Below, one piece after another: positions 9,322 through 24,074 of a stretch of DNA of 64,000 bases. Every line of letters begins with the position of its first letter. Position 1 is the stretch's first letter. Both the position numbers and the translations under genes were made by a program. The DNA comes from an uncultured Acidobacteriota bacterium (GTDB taxonomy: Bacteria; Acidobacteriota; Thermoanaerobaculia; Gp7-AA8), in NCBI GenBank assembly GCA_963822445.1, contig CAWGHO010000002.1, forward strand, positions 2,016,001 through 2,080,000, read 5' to 3'. A model generated the notes under the pieces. It had not been told where the DNA came from and did no database searches. It saw only the letters and a list, made by a program, of their open reading frames with translations.

Positions 9322-9869
9322 AACGCGCCCTCTTCCTCGATCGCGACGGCGTGCTCGACGAGCTCGTGTTCTACGAGTCCAGCGGGGAGTGGGAGGCGCC
9401 ACGCGTCGTCGAGGACGTGCGGATGATCGACGGCGCGGCCGCGGCTCTCGAGCGATTCGTCGATGCGGGCTGGATGCTGTTCCTCATCACCAATCAGCCG
9501 AACGTGGCCAAAGGGAAAGCGTCTCGCGCGGACGTCGAGAGAGTGCACAAGGCCGTGATGCGCGCACTGAACGTGCCGGTCGCGCACAGCTTCATCTGCT
9601 TTCATCAGGCCGACGACGCCTGCGCCTGCCGCAAGCCGAAGCCGTTTTTCCTGCACAAGGCGCAAACCGCGTTCGGCGTCGATCTCGCGCAGTCATGGAT
9701 GGTCGGCGACCAGGACAGCGATCTTCTGTGTGGGCGCGCGGCGGGCTGCAAGGTCGCGCTGATCGAGCATCGCGGCTCGGAGCACAAGCGGGGGAACGTC
9801 GAGCCGGATTTGCGGGTGCGCGATCTCGACGAGCTGGCTAGCGCACTGATTCCCACTTCGTCTGGGTGA
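9318..9869 (+). CDS. gmhB: D,D-heptose 1,7-bisphosphate phosphatase (HAD-IIIA)
   Basis: FLDRDGVL, ITNQP, CFH...CACRKPKP, WMVGDQDSD. Confidence 0.88.
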   Translation: MKRALFLDRDGVLDELVFYESSGEWEAPRVVEDVRMIDGAAAALERFVDAGWMLFLITNQPNVAKGKASRADVERVHKAVMRALNVPVAHSFICFHQADDACACRKPKPFFLHKAQTAFGVDLAQSWMVGDQDSDLLCGRAAGCKVALIEHRGSEHKRGNVEPDLRVRDLDELASALIPTSSG

Positions 9870-10438
9870 CCTTCAGCGCTGGGTGCGACACCAGGAGGTG
9901 CCACACCACCGCCGCGAGCCCCTCCGTGTGCGGTGTGATGCGCTCCGTCGAAACGACCGGGATGAGCACGCAAGCGTCGGCGACCTGTTTCGTGTAGCCG
10001 CCGTCCTTGCCGACGATGCCGAAGACCTTCGCGCCGCGGCCGCGGGCTTCGTCGATGGCGCGCACGAGATTCACCGAGACGTTCTTCTCGACGTTTCCGC
10101 CGCCGACGGAGAAGACCAGCAGGGCGTCTTTGTCGTTCATGCGCGAGCCTTTCAGCCACTCGGAGAAGCAGCTGTCCCAGCCCTCGTCGTTCACGCGGGC
10201 GGTTAGCTCGGAGACGTTGTCGGTCGGCGTGTATGCCTCGAACTGGCAGATCTTGCGGAAGTCGTTGACGGCGTGACTGGCGTGTCCTGCGGAGCCGCCG
10301 ACGCCGAGGATGAAGAGGCGGCCGCCGGCTTCCCGGGCGGCGGCGAGGCCGGCGGCGACGCGATCGATGGCATCGGCGATCGATGCGGCGAATGACTTCG
10401 ATGCTCTCCTCGAGAAACGCGCGGCTGAACGACTCCAT
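9838..10438 (-). CDS. gmhA: Phosphoheptose isomerase (SIS domain), apparent +1 frameshift near 10378
   Basis: MESFSRAFLEESIEVIRRID in one frame continues as ADAIDRV...ILGVGGSAGHASHAVNDFRK...TPHTE in another; span 601 nt = 3n+1. Confidence 0.8.
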
Positions 10439-10463
10439 GGCGCCGGATCATACAATCCCTGAC

Positions 10464-12125
10464 ATGGCGGGCATGGGGCGCGTCGGCGCGGGAGCGGTGA
10501 TCGGCGCGGCCGTCGCGGCGGCGATTGCGCCATTTCTCGAGCCGCTGTTCGGCCCGCCGACAGGTGGCGTCGGCCTCCTGACCGTCCACGCGTATCCAAA
10601 AGGTTGGGATTACGCGGTCGTGGCGCTGCTGACGCTCGGCGCTTTCATCGGCGCGTGTAGTGTGGGCCTCCGGCCTACCTCTCCGGCGCCCGCCGCCGAA
10701 AAGGTGCGCGGAGTTTGGATTACGACCCTCGTCGTCTTCCTCCTCATGCTCTTCATCCACGACCACCCCCACGCCCTCATGGACCCCTTCCACGAAGGCG
10801 AGCACCTTACTCCCGGTTTCCTCTTCCAATCCGGCGAACGCCCTTTCCACGACGTCTTCGTTTTGCACGGTCTCGCCACGGACGGCGGTCTCGACGCGCT
10901 CGTTCTCGGCGATCCGCCATCGCCGCGTCGCGCGCGGCGGCTGCAGACTGTGCTTGATGCCGCGACTCTGGCGCTGCTCGTTCCGATCGCCGCGGAAGTC
11001 GTGGCGACGACGGCGGGTCTCGTCGCCGCGGTGCTGGCCTCGCTGTGTGCGACGGCGGCGTTCTGGGTTCCCGTCTTCCCCTACTTTCGCCTTGCGCCGG
11101 TTCTGATCGCGACGCTGGCGTTGCTGCGTTACGTCCGGACGAAGAGCCTCGTTCCGTTGTTCGTCGCGTTCTTCGCGTCGAGCGCCGGCTTGCTGTGGAG
11201 TCTCGACACGGGAACGTACGCCCTCGCGGGAACGGCGATCGTGGCCGCGCTCGTCGCCCGGAAGCGCGCGCTGTGGCTCCTGGCGTTCCTGCTTCCGCTG
11301 GTGCTGCTGCCGCGGCAGTTCTGGATCGATTCCTTCGTGATCATCCCCCGTGCGATCGATGCGGTCTGGTCGCTGCCGGCGCCGAAACCGTTCACCGTCG
11401 AAGGCCTGCACTACTACCTGCCGCCGGCTTTCTACGGGTTCCTGCTCGCCCTCGCATGGAAGCGGCGCGACCTGCGGATGGCGATCATCACTATCTTCGC
11501 TTTGCTCCTCTTTCGCACGGCGACGGGGCGGGTGAGCTGGAGTCACACCCGCTACGCCGTGCCGCTCCTCGGCATCGCCGCGGTGACCTTCGTCGTCGAA
11601 CCGCTGAGGAAGAAGCGCGTGTTGAGTACGATCGCGGTCGTCCTGCTGATCGTCTACTTCGAAGTGCCGCAGAACCTCGCCGCGGGCGGCAAGCTGCTCG
11701 CGGGCTGGCGCGCGCGACAGAAGCACGAAGGCCTCGTTCGCTATCCCTTCGCCACGGGCAAGGGCATTTACACCACCGAGCAGAACGCGAAAGAGCTGGC
11801 CGCGCTCAACGGCATGATCGAGTCGCTGGGCAAGGGTCCGATCCTCGACTTCAGCAACGAGCGCGCGCTGTACTACCTCATGCAGCGCAAGCCGCCGATG
11901 CGCTGCTTCGACATCCCCATGCTGTCGAATCCGGATCTGCTGGCCGAGGCGATGGGGGAGCTGGCTGCGAACCCGCCGGTTGCGGTGATCCTCGGCGGCG
12001 ATCCGAACGTGGCCACCTTCGACGGCGTCCCGAATCGCGACCGCGTCCCGGATCTGGCCGCCTGGATCGATGCGAACTATCCGCGGCGGTTCGAGGTGGG
12101 GCGGTTCGTCGTGGCTGCGCCGTGA
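10464..12125 (+). CDS. Polytopic membrane protein, possible GT-C glycosyltransferase
   Basis: DPFHEGEHL and PFHDVFVLHG loop, WSLDTG, about 12 hydrophobic segments and a soluble C-terminus. Start chosen 7 nt after TACAAT. Confidence 0.6.
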   Translation: MAGMGRVGAGAVIGAAVAAAIAPFLEPLFGPPTGGVGLLTVHAYPKGWDYAVVALLTLGAFIGACSVGLRPTSPAPAAEKVRGVWITTLVVFLLMLFIHDHPHALMDPFHEGEHLTPGFLFQSGERPFHDVFVLHGLATDGGLDALVLGDPPSPRRARRLQTVLDAATLALLVPIAAEVVATTAGLVAAVLASLCATAAFWVPVFPYFRLAPVLIATLALLRYVRTKSLVPLFVAFFASSAGLLWSLDTGTYALAGTAIVAALVARKRALWLLAFLLPLVLLPRQFWIDSFVIIPRAIDAVWSLPAPKPFTVEGLHYYLPPAFYGFLLALAWKRRDLRMAIITIFALLLFRTATGRVSWSHTRYAVPLLGIAAVTFVVEPLRKKRVLSTIAVVLLIVYFEVPQNLAAGGKLLAGWRARQKHEGLVRYPFATGKGIYTTEQNAKELAALNGMIESLGKGPILDFSNERALYYLMQRKPPMRCFDIPMLSNPDLLAEAMGELAANPPVAVILGGDPNVATFDGVPNRDRVPDLAAWIDANYPRRFEVGRFVVAAP

Positions 12126-12165
12126 AAGGGGACGCCCCTGGTCGTTCCTTTAAACTAGCCGACCT

Positions 12166-12531
12166 ATGCCGACGCACATTCAACAGCCGTCCATCGTTCA
12201 GGCCGCCGGGAACAAGCCGAAGATCATCGAGGAGTACATCGGCCGAGTGAACTCGGGCACCGAAGGGGTGAGCGTGGCCCGCATGAAGAGTCCGAGCGGG
12301 TGGGTGGAGCCTGGCCAGACCCCGGAGTTCGACGAGTACACAGTCGTCCTCCGCGGCACGCTCCGGGTGACCAGTCAGGGCGGCGGCTCGATCGACGTCC
12401 AGGCCGGCCAGGGAGTCATCGCCCACGCCGGCGAATGGGTGCAGTACTCGACGCCCGGGCCGGAAGGGGCGGAGTACGTCGCCGTTTGCCTGCCCGCGTT
12501 TTCTCCCGGAACCGTGCACCGCGATGCGTAG
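12166..12531 (+). CDS. Cupin domain protein (EutQ-like)
   Basis: KIIEEYIGRVNS, PGQTPEFDEYTVVLRG, VCLPAFSP. Confidence 0.75.
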   Translation: MPTHIQQPSIVQAAGNKPKIIEEYIGRVNSGTEGVSVARMKSPSGWVEPGQTPEFDEYTVVLRGTLRVTSQGGGSIDVQAGQGVIAHAGEWVQYSTPGPEGAEYVAVCLPAFSPGTVHRDA

Positions 12532-12620
12532 TTGCTCGGTTGCTGAGTTGCTGAGTTGCTGGGTTGCTGAGCAAAGGCCCCCAGGAACCCAGCAACCCAG
12601 CAACCCAGGAACCCAGCAAC
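12531..12620. repeat. Inverted octamer tandem array
   Basis: Five GTTGCTGA-like units (12531-12570), a 10-nt loop, then five CCAGCAAC-like units (12581-12620). Confidence 0.92.
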
Positions 12621-12621
12621 C

Positions 12622-13545
12622 ATGAAACTCCTCGTCCTCTCTGAACACGACGTCAACGAGCTCCTCACCATGAGCGAGTGCATCGCCGTGATGGAGGACG
12701 CCCTCGCCGCGCTGGCCCGTGGGGAGGTTCACAACCCCTTGCGGCAGAAGGTCCACGCGGCCGGCGCTCCCGGCCTCCTCGGGTTGATGTCGGCCTGGCG
12801 GGGCGGTGAGCAGCCGTACTACGCGCTCAAGGAAGTGTGCGTGTTCCCCCAGAACCCAAAACGCGGCCTGGACACCCACCTCGGCGCGGTCATCCTTCAC
12901 AGCGGGGAGACCGGCGAGCCTCTGGCGATCGTCAACGCCGCGGCTGTGACCGCCATCCGCACGGCGGCCGTTTCCGCGGTTGCCACGAAGCTCCTCGCCC
13001 GTCCCGACGCGTCCGTTCTGGCGATTCTCGGCACCGGCGTCCAGGCGAAGAGTCACCGCGAGGCCATCCCGCTGGTCCGGCCGATCAGGGAGATCCGGAT
13101 GTGCGGTCGGGAGGGGAACGCCGAGGAGACCGTGCGTGGGGCCGATATCGTCGTGACCGCCACGAATTCGCGCGAGCCGGTGCTGCGCCGCGAATGGCTG
13201 AGCCCGGGCGTGCACATCAACGCAGTCGGGTCCAGTATTGCCGCCGCCCGCGAGCTCGACGGCGCTACGGTCGCGGCCGCTTCGCTCTTCGTCGACCGCC
13301 GCGAGTCCACAATCAATGAATCGGGCGATTACCTCTTCGCCGTCGTCGATGGCGCCATCAGCGGCCCCGACCACATCAAAGCCGAGCTCGGCGAGATTCT
13401 GACCGGTACCGCAACCGGCCGGAAATCAGATGACGAAATCACGCTGTTCAAGTCCCTCGGCCTGGCCATCGAAGATCTGGCGTCAGCCGCGTTTCTCTAC
13501 GAAAAAGCGCGGGCGGAGGGGCGGGGCGTTTGGGTGGACTTCTAA
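12622..13545 (+). CDS. Ornithine cyclodeaminase / mu-crystallin family protein
   Basis: TAIRTAAVSAVAT, ILGTGVQA, HINAVGS, TLFKSLGLAIEDL. Confidence 0.9.
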   Translation: MKLLVLSEHDVNELLTMSECIAVMEDALAALARGEVHNPLRQKVHAAGAPGLLGLMSAWRGGEQPYYALKEVCVFPQNPKRGLDTHLGAVILHSGETGEPLAIVNAAAVTAIRTAAVSAVATKLLARPDASVLAILGTGVQAKSHREAIPLVRPIREIRMCGREGNAEETVRGADIVVTATNSREPVLRREWLSPGVHINAVGSSIAAARELDGATVAAASLFVDRRESTINESGDYLFAVVDGAISGPDHIKAELGEILTGTATGRKSDDEITLFKSLGLAIEDLASAAFLYEKARAEGRGVWVDF

Positions 13546-13588
13546 GCGGAATAAGAGGTTAGCGCCTCAGGTTGAGCCAGTTCCGGAC

Positions 13589-13617
13589 TTGACAAAGCCG
13601 ACCCACGTGCCTAAAGT
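13589..13617 (+). promoter_or_regulatory. Sigma70-type promoter of the str operon
   Basis: TTGACA (13589-13594), 17-nt spacer, TAAAGT (13612-13617), 74 nt upstream of rpsL. Confidence 0.75.
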
Positions 13618-13691
13618 GCGCGGGTTTTCCCTTCCGGGAGCAGTCTTTTCGCTGTAGGTGTCTTCAGAGTAATCAGAAGGATAAGCAACGA

Positions 13692-14069
13692 ATGCCAACG
13701 ATCAACCAGCTTGTCGCGCGCGGCCGTGATGCCGTCAAGTACAAGACGAAGTCTCCGGCCCTGCAGTCCAGCCCGCAGAAGCGTGGCGTCTGCACCCGCG
13801 TGTACACCTCGACGCCCAAGAAGCCGAACTCGGCCCTCCGCAAGGTCGCCCGTGTGCGCCTGACCAACGGCGTCGAAGTGACCACCTACATCCCCGGCGT
13901 CGGCCACAACCTGCAGGAGCACTCGATCGTGCTCATTCGCGGTGGCCGTGTGAAGGACCTGCCGGGTGTTCGTTACCACGTCATCCGCGGAACGCTGGAC
14001 GCCGTCGGCGTCGCCAAGCGCAACCAGAGCCGCTCCAAGTACGGGGCGAAACGACCCAAGAAGGCGTAA
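13692..14069 (+). CDS. rpsL: 30S ribosomal protein S12
   Basis: [29 protein letters not shown]. Confidence 0.99.
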   Translation: MPTINQLVARGRDAVKYKTKSPALQSSPQKRGVCTRVYTSTPKKPNSALRKVARVRLTNGVEVTTYIPGVGHNLQEHSIVLIRGGRVKDLPGVRYHVIRGTLDAVGVAKRNQSRSKYGAKRPKKA

Positions 14070-14074
14070 CCACG

Positions 14075-14545
14075 ATGCCGAGACGCAGAGAAGTTCCGAA
14101 ACGCGAGATCCTTCCGGATCCGGTTTACAACAGCCAGCTCATCACCAAGTTCATCAACTCGCTGATGTCCGACGGGAAGAAGTCCGTCGCCGAGCGCGTG
14201 TTCTACGGCGCGCTGAAGAAGGTCGAGGATCGCGCGAAAGACGATCCGCTCAAGGTCTTCAAGAAGGCGGTCGACAACGTCAAGCCGGCGCTCGAAGTGA
14301 AGAGCCGCCGCGTCGGTGGCTCGAACTACCAGGTGCCGATCGAGGTCCGTCCGACCCGCCGCACCGCTCTGGCCATCCGCTGGCTGATCAGCTATGCCGC
14401 CGCGCGCGGTGAGAAGACCATGCAGGACAAGCTCGCGGGCGAGATTCTCGACGCCGCGAACAACCGTGGCAACGCGATCAAGAAGCGCGAAGACACGCAC
14501 AAGATGGCGGAAGCCAACAAGGCATTCGCACACTATCGGTGGTAA
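14075..14545 (+). CDS. rpsG: 30S ribosomal protein S7
   Basis: [29 protein letters not shown]. Confidence 0.99.
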   Translation: MPRRREVPKREILPDPVYNSQLITKFINSLMSDGKKSVAERVFYGALKKVEDRAKDDPLKVFKKAVDNVKPALEVKSRRVGGSNYQVPIEVRPTRRTALAIRWLISYAAARGEKTMQDKLAGEILDAANNRGNAIKKREDTHKMAEANKAFAHYRW

Positions 14546-14792
14546 ACTCTCCGGCCCTTCGGGGTTGGATTTTACGGTCGGATGCCTTAATCCGGCCCCC
14601 AACATCTAGCAGCTTTCCGTAGCTCCGTCTCGACCGGATAACACAGAACAGGTTCTGCGGTTCCGGACCGAGCAACGGGAAACCTAAAACTCGACTGAAT
14701 CACGTGTGGCCTCAGGCCTCCGTGTCTGCCATTTGGAGGCAGGCTGGAAGCCCGCACCACACGGTGTCCGCGGTAGAAGAAGAACACTCAAA

Positions 14793-16884
<2,092 letters not shown>

Positions 16885-16931
16885 TCTCAGCGACTACACC
16901 AGTCGGATTAGAACAGGGAGGTTAGATTCAC

Positions 16932-18122
<1,191 letters not shown>

Positions 18123-18131
18123 CTCACACGA

Positions 18132-18168
18132 TGGGCGCCGGTCATACGCCGGCGCCCACTGTTCTTTG
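18132..18168 (+). terminator. Possible weak terminator or processing hairpin between tuf and rpsJ
   Basis: TGGGCGCCGG-7 nt-CCGGCGCCCA followed by CTGTTCTTTG. Confidence 0.45.
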
Positions 18169-18182
18169 AGGAAAACGACATC

Positions 18183-18500
18183 ATGATGAACGAAAAGATC
18201 CGCATCCGACTCAAGGCTTACGACTACCGCGTGCTCGACCAGTCGACGTCCGAAATCGTCGACACGGCCAAGCGCACGGGGGCCAAGGTGGCGGGACCGA
18301 TCCCCCTGCCGACGCAGATCTCCAAGTACACGGTTCTGCGCTCGCCGCACGTCGACAAGAAGTCGCGTGAGCAGTTCGAGATGCGGACCCACAAGCGGCT
18401 GCTCGACATTCTCGAGCCGACGACGCAGACGGTCGACGCGCTCATGAAGCTCGAGCTCCCGGCCGGCGTCGACGTCGAGATCAAGGCGTTCGGCAAATAG
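18183..18500 (+). CDS. rpsJ: 30S ribosomal protein S10
   Basis: [23 protein letters not shown]. Confidence 0.99.
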   Translation: MMNEKIRIRLKAYDYRVLDQSTSEIVDTAKRTGAKVAGPIPLPTQISKYTVLRSPHVDKKSREQFEMRTHKRLLDILEPTTQTVDALMKLELPAGVDVEIKAFGK

Positions 18501-18546
18501 ACCACATGAACCGGAGCACTCCGGTTCCAAGTGAAAGAACAGACAA

Positions 18547-19189
18547 ATGGCAATCGAAGGAATCATTGGCAAGAAGGTCGGAATGACCCAGGTGTTCGCC
18601 GCGGACGGAGCACTCGTCCCGGTCACCGTCATCCAGGCCGGACCGTGCCTCGTCGTCCAGAAGAAGACGTCCGAGAAGGACGGCTACGACGCCGTGCAGA
18701 TCGGGCTGGTCGAGAAGGTCTCGAACCGCCGCATCACTTCGGCGATGCGCGGCCATTTCGAGAAGGCCGGCGTCCAGCCGCTGCGCACGCTCGCCGAAGT
18801 CGACGTACTCGGGCGACGTCAACATCGGCGACCGGGTCCAGGCCGACCTCTTCAAGGAAGGCGATGCGATCGACGTGGTCGGTCAGTCCAAAGGCAAGGG
18901 TTACCAGGGCGTGGTCAAGCGCCACGGGTTCGCGGGTGGTCGTGAGTCGCACGGCTCGATGTTCCACCGCGCTCCCGGCTCGATCGGCGCGTCGGCGTTT
19001 CCGTCGCGCGTCATGAAGGGCATGCGCATGGCCGGCCGGATGGGCGGCGATCAGGTCACGGTCAAGAACCTCCGCGTGGCGAAGGTCGATGCCGAGAACA
19101 ACCTGCTCTACGTCCGCGGCGCAGTCCCGGGCGGCCGCAACGGACTCGTCTTCGTACGGTTCTCCAAGAACGGGAAGCGGGGCGAATAA
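18547..19189 (+). CDS. rplC: 50S ribosomal protein L3, apparent +1 frameshift at about 18800
   Basis: [10 protein letters not shown] in one frame, [15 protein letters not shown]...GAVPG in the next; span 643 nt = 3n+1. Confidence 0.95.
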
Positions 19190-19191
19190 CC

Positions 19192-19824
19192 ATGCCGACC
19201 ATTGACATCAAAGACTGGAACAACAAGAAGGTCGGGTCGGTCGATCTGTCCGACGACATCTTCGGCTATCCGTACAAAGAGCACCTCATTCACGAGGCAG
19301 TGCGCAACTACCTCGCCGGTCTCCGCCAGGGAACGCACAAGACCAAGACCCGCTCGGAAGTCGCGGGCTCGGGCAAGAAGCCGTTCAAGCAGAAGGGCAC
19401 CGGCCGCGCGCGTCAGGGCGGCAGCCGTCCGCCGATCCACCGCCACGGCGGCACGGTCTTCGGTCCGCAGCCGCGCGACTACTCCTACAAGATGAACACG
19501 AAGGAGAAGAAGGCCGCCCTCAAGTCGGCTCTCTCCCAGCGCGTGAAGGAAGGGAAGTTCGTGGTCGTCTCCGACATGTCGGTCGACGAAGCGAAGACCA
19601 AGTCCTTCGCCGCGAAGGTCGCCAACATCGGCGTGGAGGGGAAGGCTCTTCTCATCGACACGGCCGAGAACACCAACGCCCTGCTCGCGTCCCGCAACAA
19701 CCCGAAGCTGCATTTCGTCGACGCCCTGCACGTGAACGTGTACGACGTGGTGAACAGCCGCTACGTCGTCCTGAGCCAGGCCGCGCTCGATCGTCTGACG
19801 GAGGCACTCAGCAATGAACGCTAA
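19192..19824 (+). CDS. rplD: 50S ribosomal protein L4
   Basis: [24 protein letters not shown]. Confidence 0.98.
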   Translation: MPTIDIKDWNNKKVGSVDLSDDIFGYPYKEHLIHEAVRNYLAGLRQGTHKTKTRSEVAGSGKKPFKQKGTGRARQGGSRPPIHRHGGTVFGPQPRDYSYKMNTKEKKAALKSALSQRVKEGKFVVVSDMSVDEAKTKSFAAKVANIGVEGKALLIDTAENTNALLASRNNPKLHFVDALHVNVYDVVNSRYVVLSQAALDRLTEALSNER

Positions 19825-20104
19825 TCAGATCATCCGCCGGCCGCTGGTCACCGAGAAGTCGACCATGCTCCGCGAAGACACCAACGTCATCGCCTTCGAA
19901 GTCGATCCGCACGCGAACAAGATCGAGGTCAAGAAGGCCGTCGAAGAGCTGTTCAAGGTCAAGGTCGAAGAGGTCCGCCTCTTCAACGTCCGCGGAAAGA
20001 TGAAGCGGATGGGCCGCTGGGCAGGCAAGCGCCGCGACTGGCGCAAAGCCTACGTCCGGCTCAAGGAAGGCGAGAAGGCGCCCGATTTCGTCGAGGGCGT
20101 GTAA
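19814..20104 (+). CDS. rplW: 50S ribosomal protein L23
   Basis: [27 protein letters not shown]. Confidence 0.98.
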   Translation: MNANQIIRRPLVTEKSTMLREDTNVIAFEVDPHANKIEVKKAVEELFKVKVEEVRLFNVRGKMKRMGRWAGKRRDWRKAYVRLKEGEKAPDFVEGV

Positions 20105-20134
20105 TCGCACCGTAGCCGATAAGAAAGAAAAACT

Positions 20135-20959
<825 letters not shown>

Positions 20960-21251
20960 ATGCGCTCACAGAAAAAAGGTGCATTCGTCGACGACCATCT
21001 GACCAAGAAGGTCGAGGCGATGAACAAGCGAGCGCGACAAGAAGGTCATCAAGACCTGGTCGCGCCGCTCCACGGTCATCCCGGAGATGGTCGGCCACAC
21101 GATCGCGGTCCACAACGGCCGCAAGTTCACGCCGGTGTACGTCTCCGAGAACATGGTCGGCCACAAGCTGGGCGAGTTCGCGCTCACCCGCACGTTCAAG
21201 GGACACAGCGGCAAGAAGGTCGAGAAGACCGCCAAGCCTGCTGGCAAATAA
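20960..21251 (+). CDS. rpsS: 30S ribosomal protein S19, apparent +1 frameshift at about 21030
   Basis: [14 protein letters not shown] followed in another frame by [27 protein letters not shown]...GHKLGEF; span 292 nt = 3n+1. Confidence 0.93.
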
Positions 21252-21260
21252 GCGGAGAAC

Positions 21261-21656
21261 ATGATGGAAGCAACGGCAACTCTCAGATACCTCAAAGCCT
21301 CGCCGCAGAAGGTGCGCCTGGTGGCGGACCTGGTGCGCGGCAAGAAGGTCGAGGAAGCGCTCAGCATCCTCCGCTTCACCCGCAAGGGCTGCGCGAAGGA
21401 CCTGGAGAAGCTCCTCCGCTCGGCCGTGGCGAACGCGGAGAACAAGGAAACGAACGTCGACACCGACGATCTGGTGGTCTCGAAGATCTACGTGAACGAG
21501 GGACCGCGCGAGAAGCGCGTGCAGCCGGCTCCGATGGGCCGCGCCTACCGCATTCAGAAGCGCAAGGCCCACGTGACGGTGCATGTCTCGGACGAAGTCA
21601 AAGCGGTCAACGAGCGGAGCGGTGGCAAGCAAACCCGCGCCCGCGCCAGAAAGTAA
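21261..21656 (+). CDS. rplV: 50S ribosomal protein L22
   Basis: SPQKVRLVADLVRG, SAVANAE. Confidence 0.98.
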   Translation: MMEATATLRYLKASPQKVRLVADLVRGKKVEEALSILRFTRKGCAKDLEKLLRSAVANAENKETNVDTDDLVVSKIYVNEGPREKRVQPAPMGRAYRIQKRKAHVTVHVSDEVKAVNERSGGKQTRARARK

Positions 21657-21668
21657 CGGAGGCTACTC

Positions 21669-22319
<651 letters not shown>

Positions 22320-22347
22320 CCCGAACAGAGTCTAGGAGAAACGCATC

Positions 22348-22772
<425 letters not shown>

Positions 22773-22773
<1 letters not shown>

Positions 22774-22985
22774 TGGCCAGCAAGAAGACACTCAGCACGC
22801 TCAAAGACAAGAGCATCGACGAGCTCCGCAACCGTGAGCGCGACCTGAAGGAGCAGCTCTTCAAGCTGCGCTTCCAGCGCGCCACCGGCCGGATCGAGAA
22901 CCCCATGAAGATGCGGCAGGTCCGCCGCGAGATCGCGCAGATCGAAACGCTGCTCAACGAGCGCAATCGCGCGACGAACGCCTAA
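22773..22985 (+). CDS. rpmC: 50S ribosomal protein L29
   Basis: [21 protein letters not shown]; position in the operon. Confidence 0.95.
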
Positions 22986-22996
22986 GGAATACGCAG

Positions 22997-23281
22997 ATGG
23001 CAACGAAGGAAACGAAGAACGAGTCGCAGGCCGCGCAGAACAAGCGGACCAAGACCGGCGTGGTGGTCTCGAACAAGATGCAGAAGACCGTCGTCGTCGC
23101 CGTGGAAAACCTGGTCAAGCACGGGATGTATCAGAAGTACATCAAGCGCACGAGCAAGTTCCTCGCGCACAGCGAACAGCCGGACATCAAGATCGGCGAT
23201 CGCGTGGTGATCGAGGAGACCCGTCCGCTGTCCAAGCGGAAGCGGTGGAACGTCCGCGAAGTCATGGAGAAGTCGTCATGA
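22997..23281 (+). CDS. rpsQ: 30S ribosomal protein S17
   Basis: [25 protein letters not shown]. Confidence 0.98.
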   Translation: MATKETKNESQAAQNKRTKTGVVVSNKMQKTVVVAVENLVKHGMYQKYIKRTSKFLAHSEQPDIKIGDRVVIEETRPLSKRKRWNVREVMEKSS

Positions 23282-23649
23282 TCCAGATGGGAACGGTTCT
23301 CCAGGTCGCCGACAACACCGGCGCCAAGAAAATCGCCTGCATCAAGATGCTGGGCGGCTCCACGGCCGGCCAGTACGCGCGGGTGGGCGACGTCATCACC
23401 GCCTCGGTCAAGGAAGCCTCGCCGGACGGCACGGTCAAGAAGGGTGCGGTCGTCAAGGCCGTCATCGTCCGGACCGTGAAAGAGACCCGCCGCCGCGACG
23501 GTTCGTACATCAAGTTCGACGACAACGCGGCCGTTCTGATCAATGACGCGCGCGAGCCGGTAGGCACGCGTGTGTTCGGCCCGGTGGCCCGCGAGCTTCG
23601 TGAGCGCAAGTTCATGAAGATCATCTCGCTGGCCCCCGAAGTCATCTAA
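23278..23649 (+). CDS. rplN: 50S ribosomal protein L14
   Basis: [35 protein letters not shown]. Confidence 0.98.
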   Translation: MIQMGTVLQVADNTGAKKIACIKMLGGSTAGQYARVGDVITASVKEASPDGTVKKGAVVKAVIVRTVKETRRRDGSYIKFDDNAAVLINDAREPVGTRVFGPVARELRERKFMKIISLAPEVI

Positions 23650-23661
23650 AGGAAAAGCAGC

Positions 23662-24027
23662 ATGTACGGGAAAGCCACTTCGAAATTCAAACCAGAGCCG
23701 CCGAAACCGCACGTGAAGAAGGGCGACACCGTCGTCGTTCTCTCGGGCAAGGACGCGGGCAAGCAGGGACGCGTTCTGCGCGTCCTGTCCGCCAAGGGCA
23801 AGGCCATCGTCGAGCGGGTGAACTTCACCAAGAAGCACACCCGTCCGAACCCCGGCAAGAACGTCAAGGGCGGCATCCTCGAGCGCGAGTCGCCGATCTC
23901 GGTCGACAAGCTCCAGGTGGTCTGTCCGAGCTGTAACGAGCCGGCCCGCCTCGGCTCACACCGCAACGAAGAAGGCGTCGCGATCCGTTTCTGCCGCAAG
24001 TGCAAAGCGGATCTCGGCGGCAAGTAG
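23662..24027 (+). CDS. rplX: 50S ribosomal protein L24
   Basis: KKGDTVVVLSGKD KOW motif; C-terminal CPSC...CRKC. Confidence 0.96.
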   Translation: MYGKATSKFKPEPPKPHVKKGDTVVVLSGKDAGKQGRVLRVLSAKGKAIVERVNFTKKHTRPNPGKNVKGGILERESPISVDKLQVVCPSCNEPARLGSHRNEEGVAIRFCRKCKADLGGK

Positions 24028-24074
24028 CCAGTCACCGGATTCGTACAACGCCGAATCCATAAAGAGGAACCACG

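Noticed and set aside
9838-9869. Convergent 32-bp overlap of gmhB and gmhA as antisense control
   Set aside because: Short 3' overlaps are common in compact high-GC genomes.
12127-12149. Weak palindrome AGGGGACG...CGTTCCT after the membrane gene
   Set aside because: Too short and imperfect to call a REP or a terminator.
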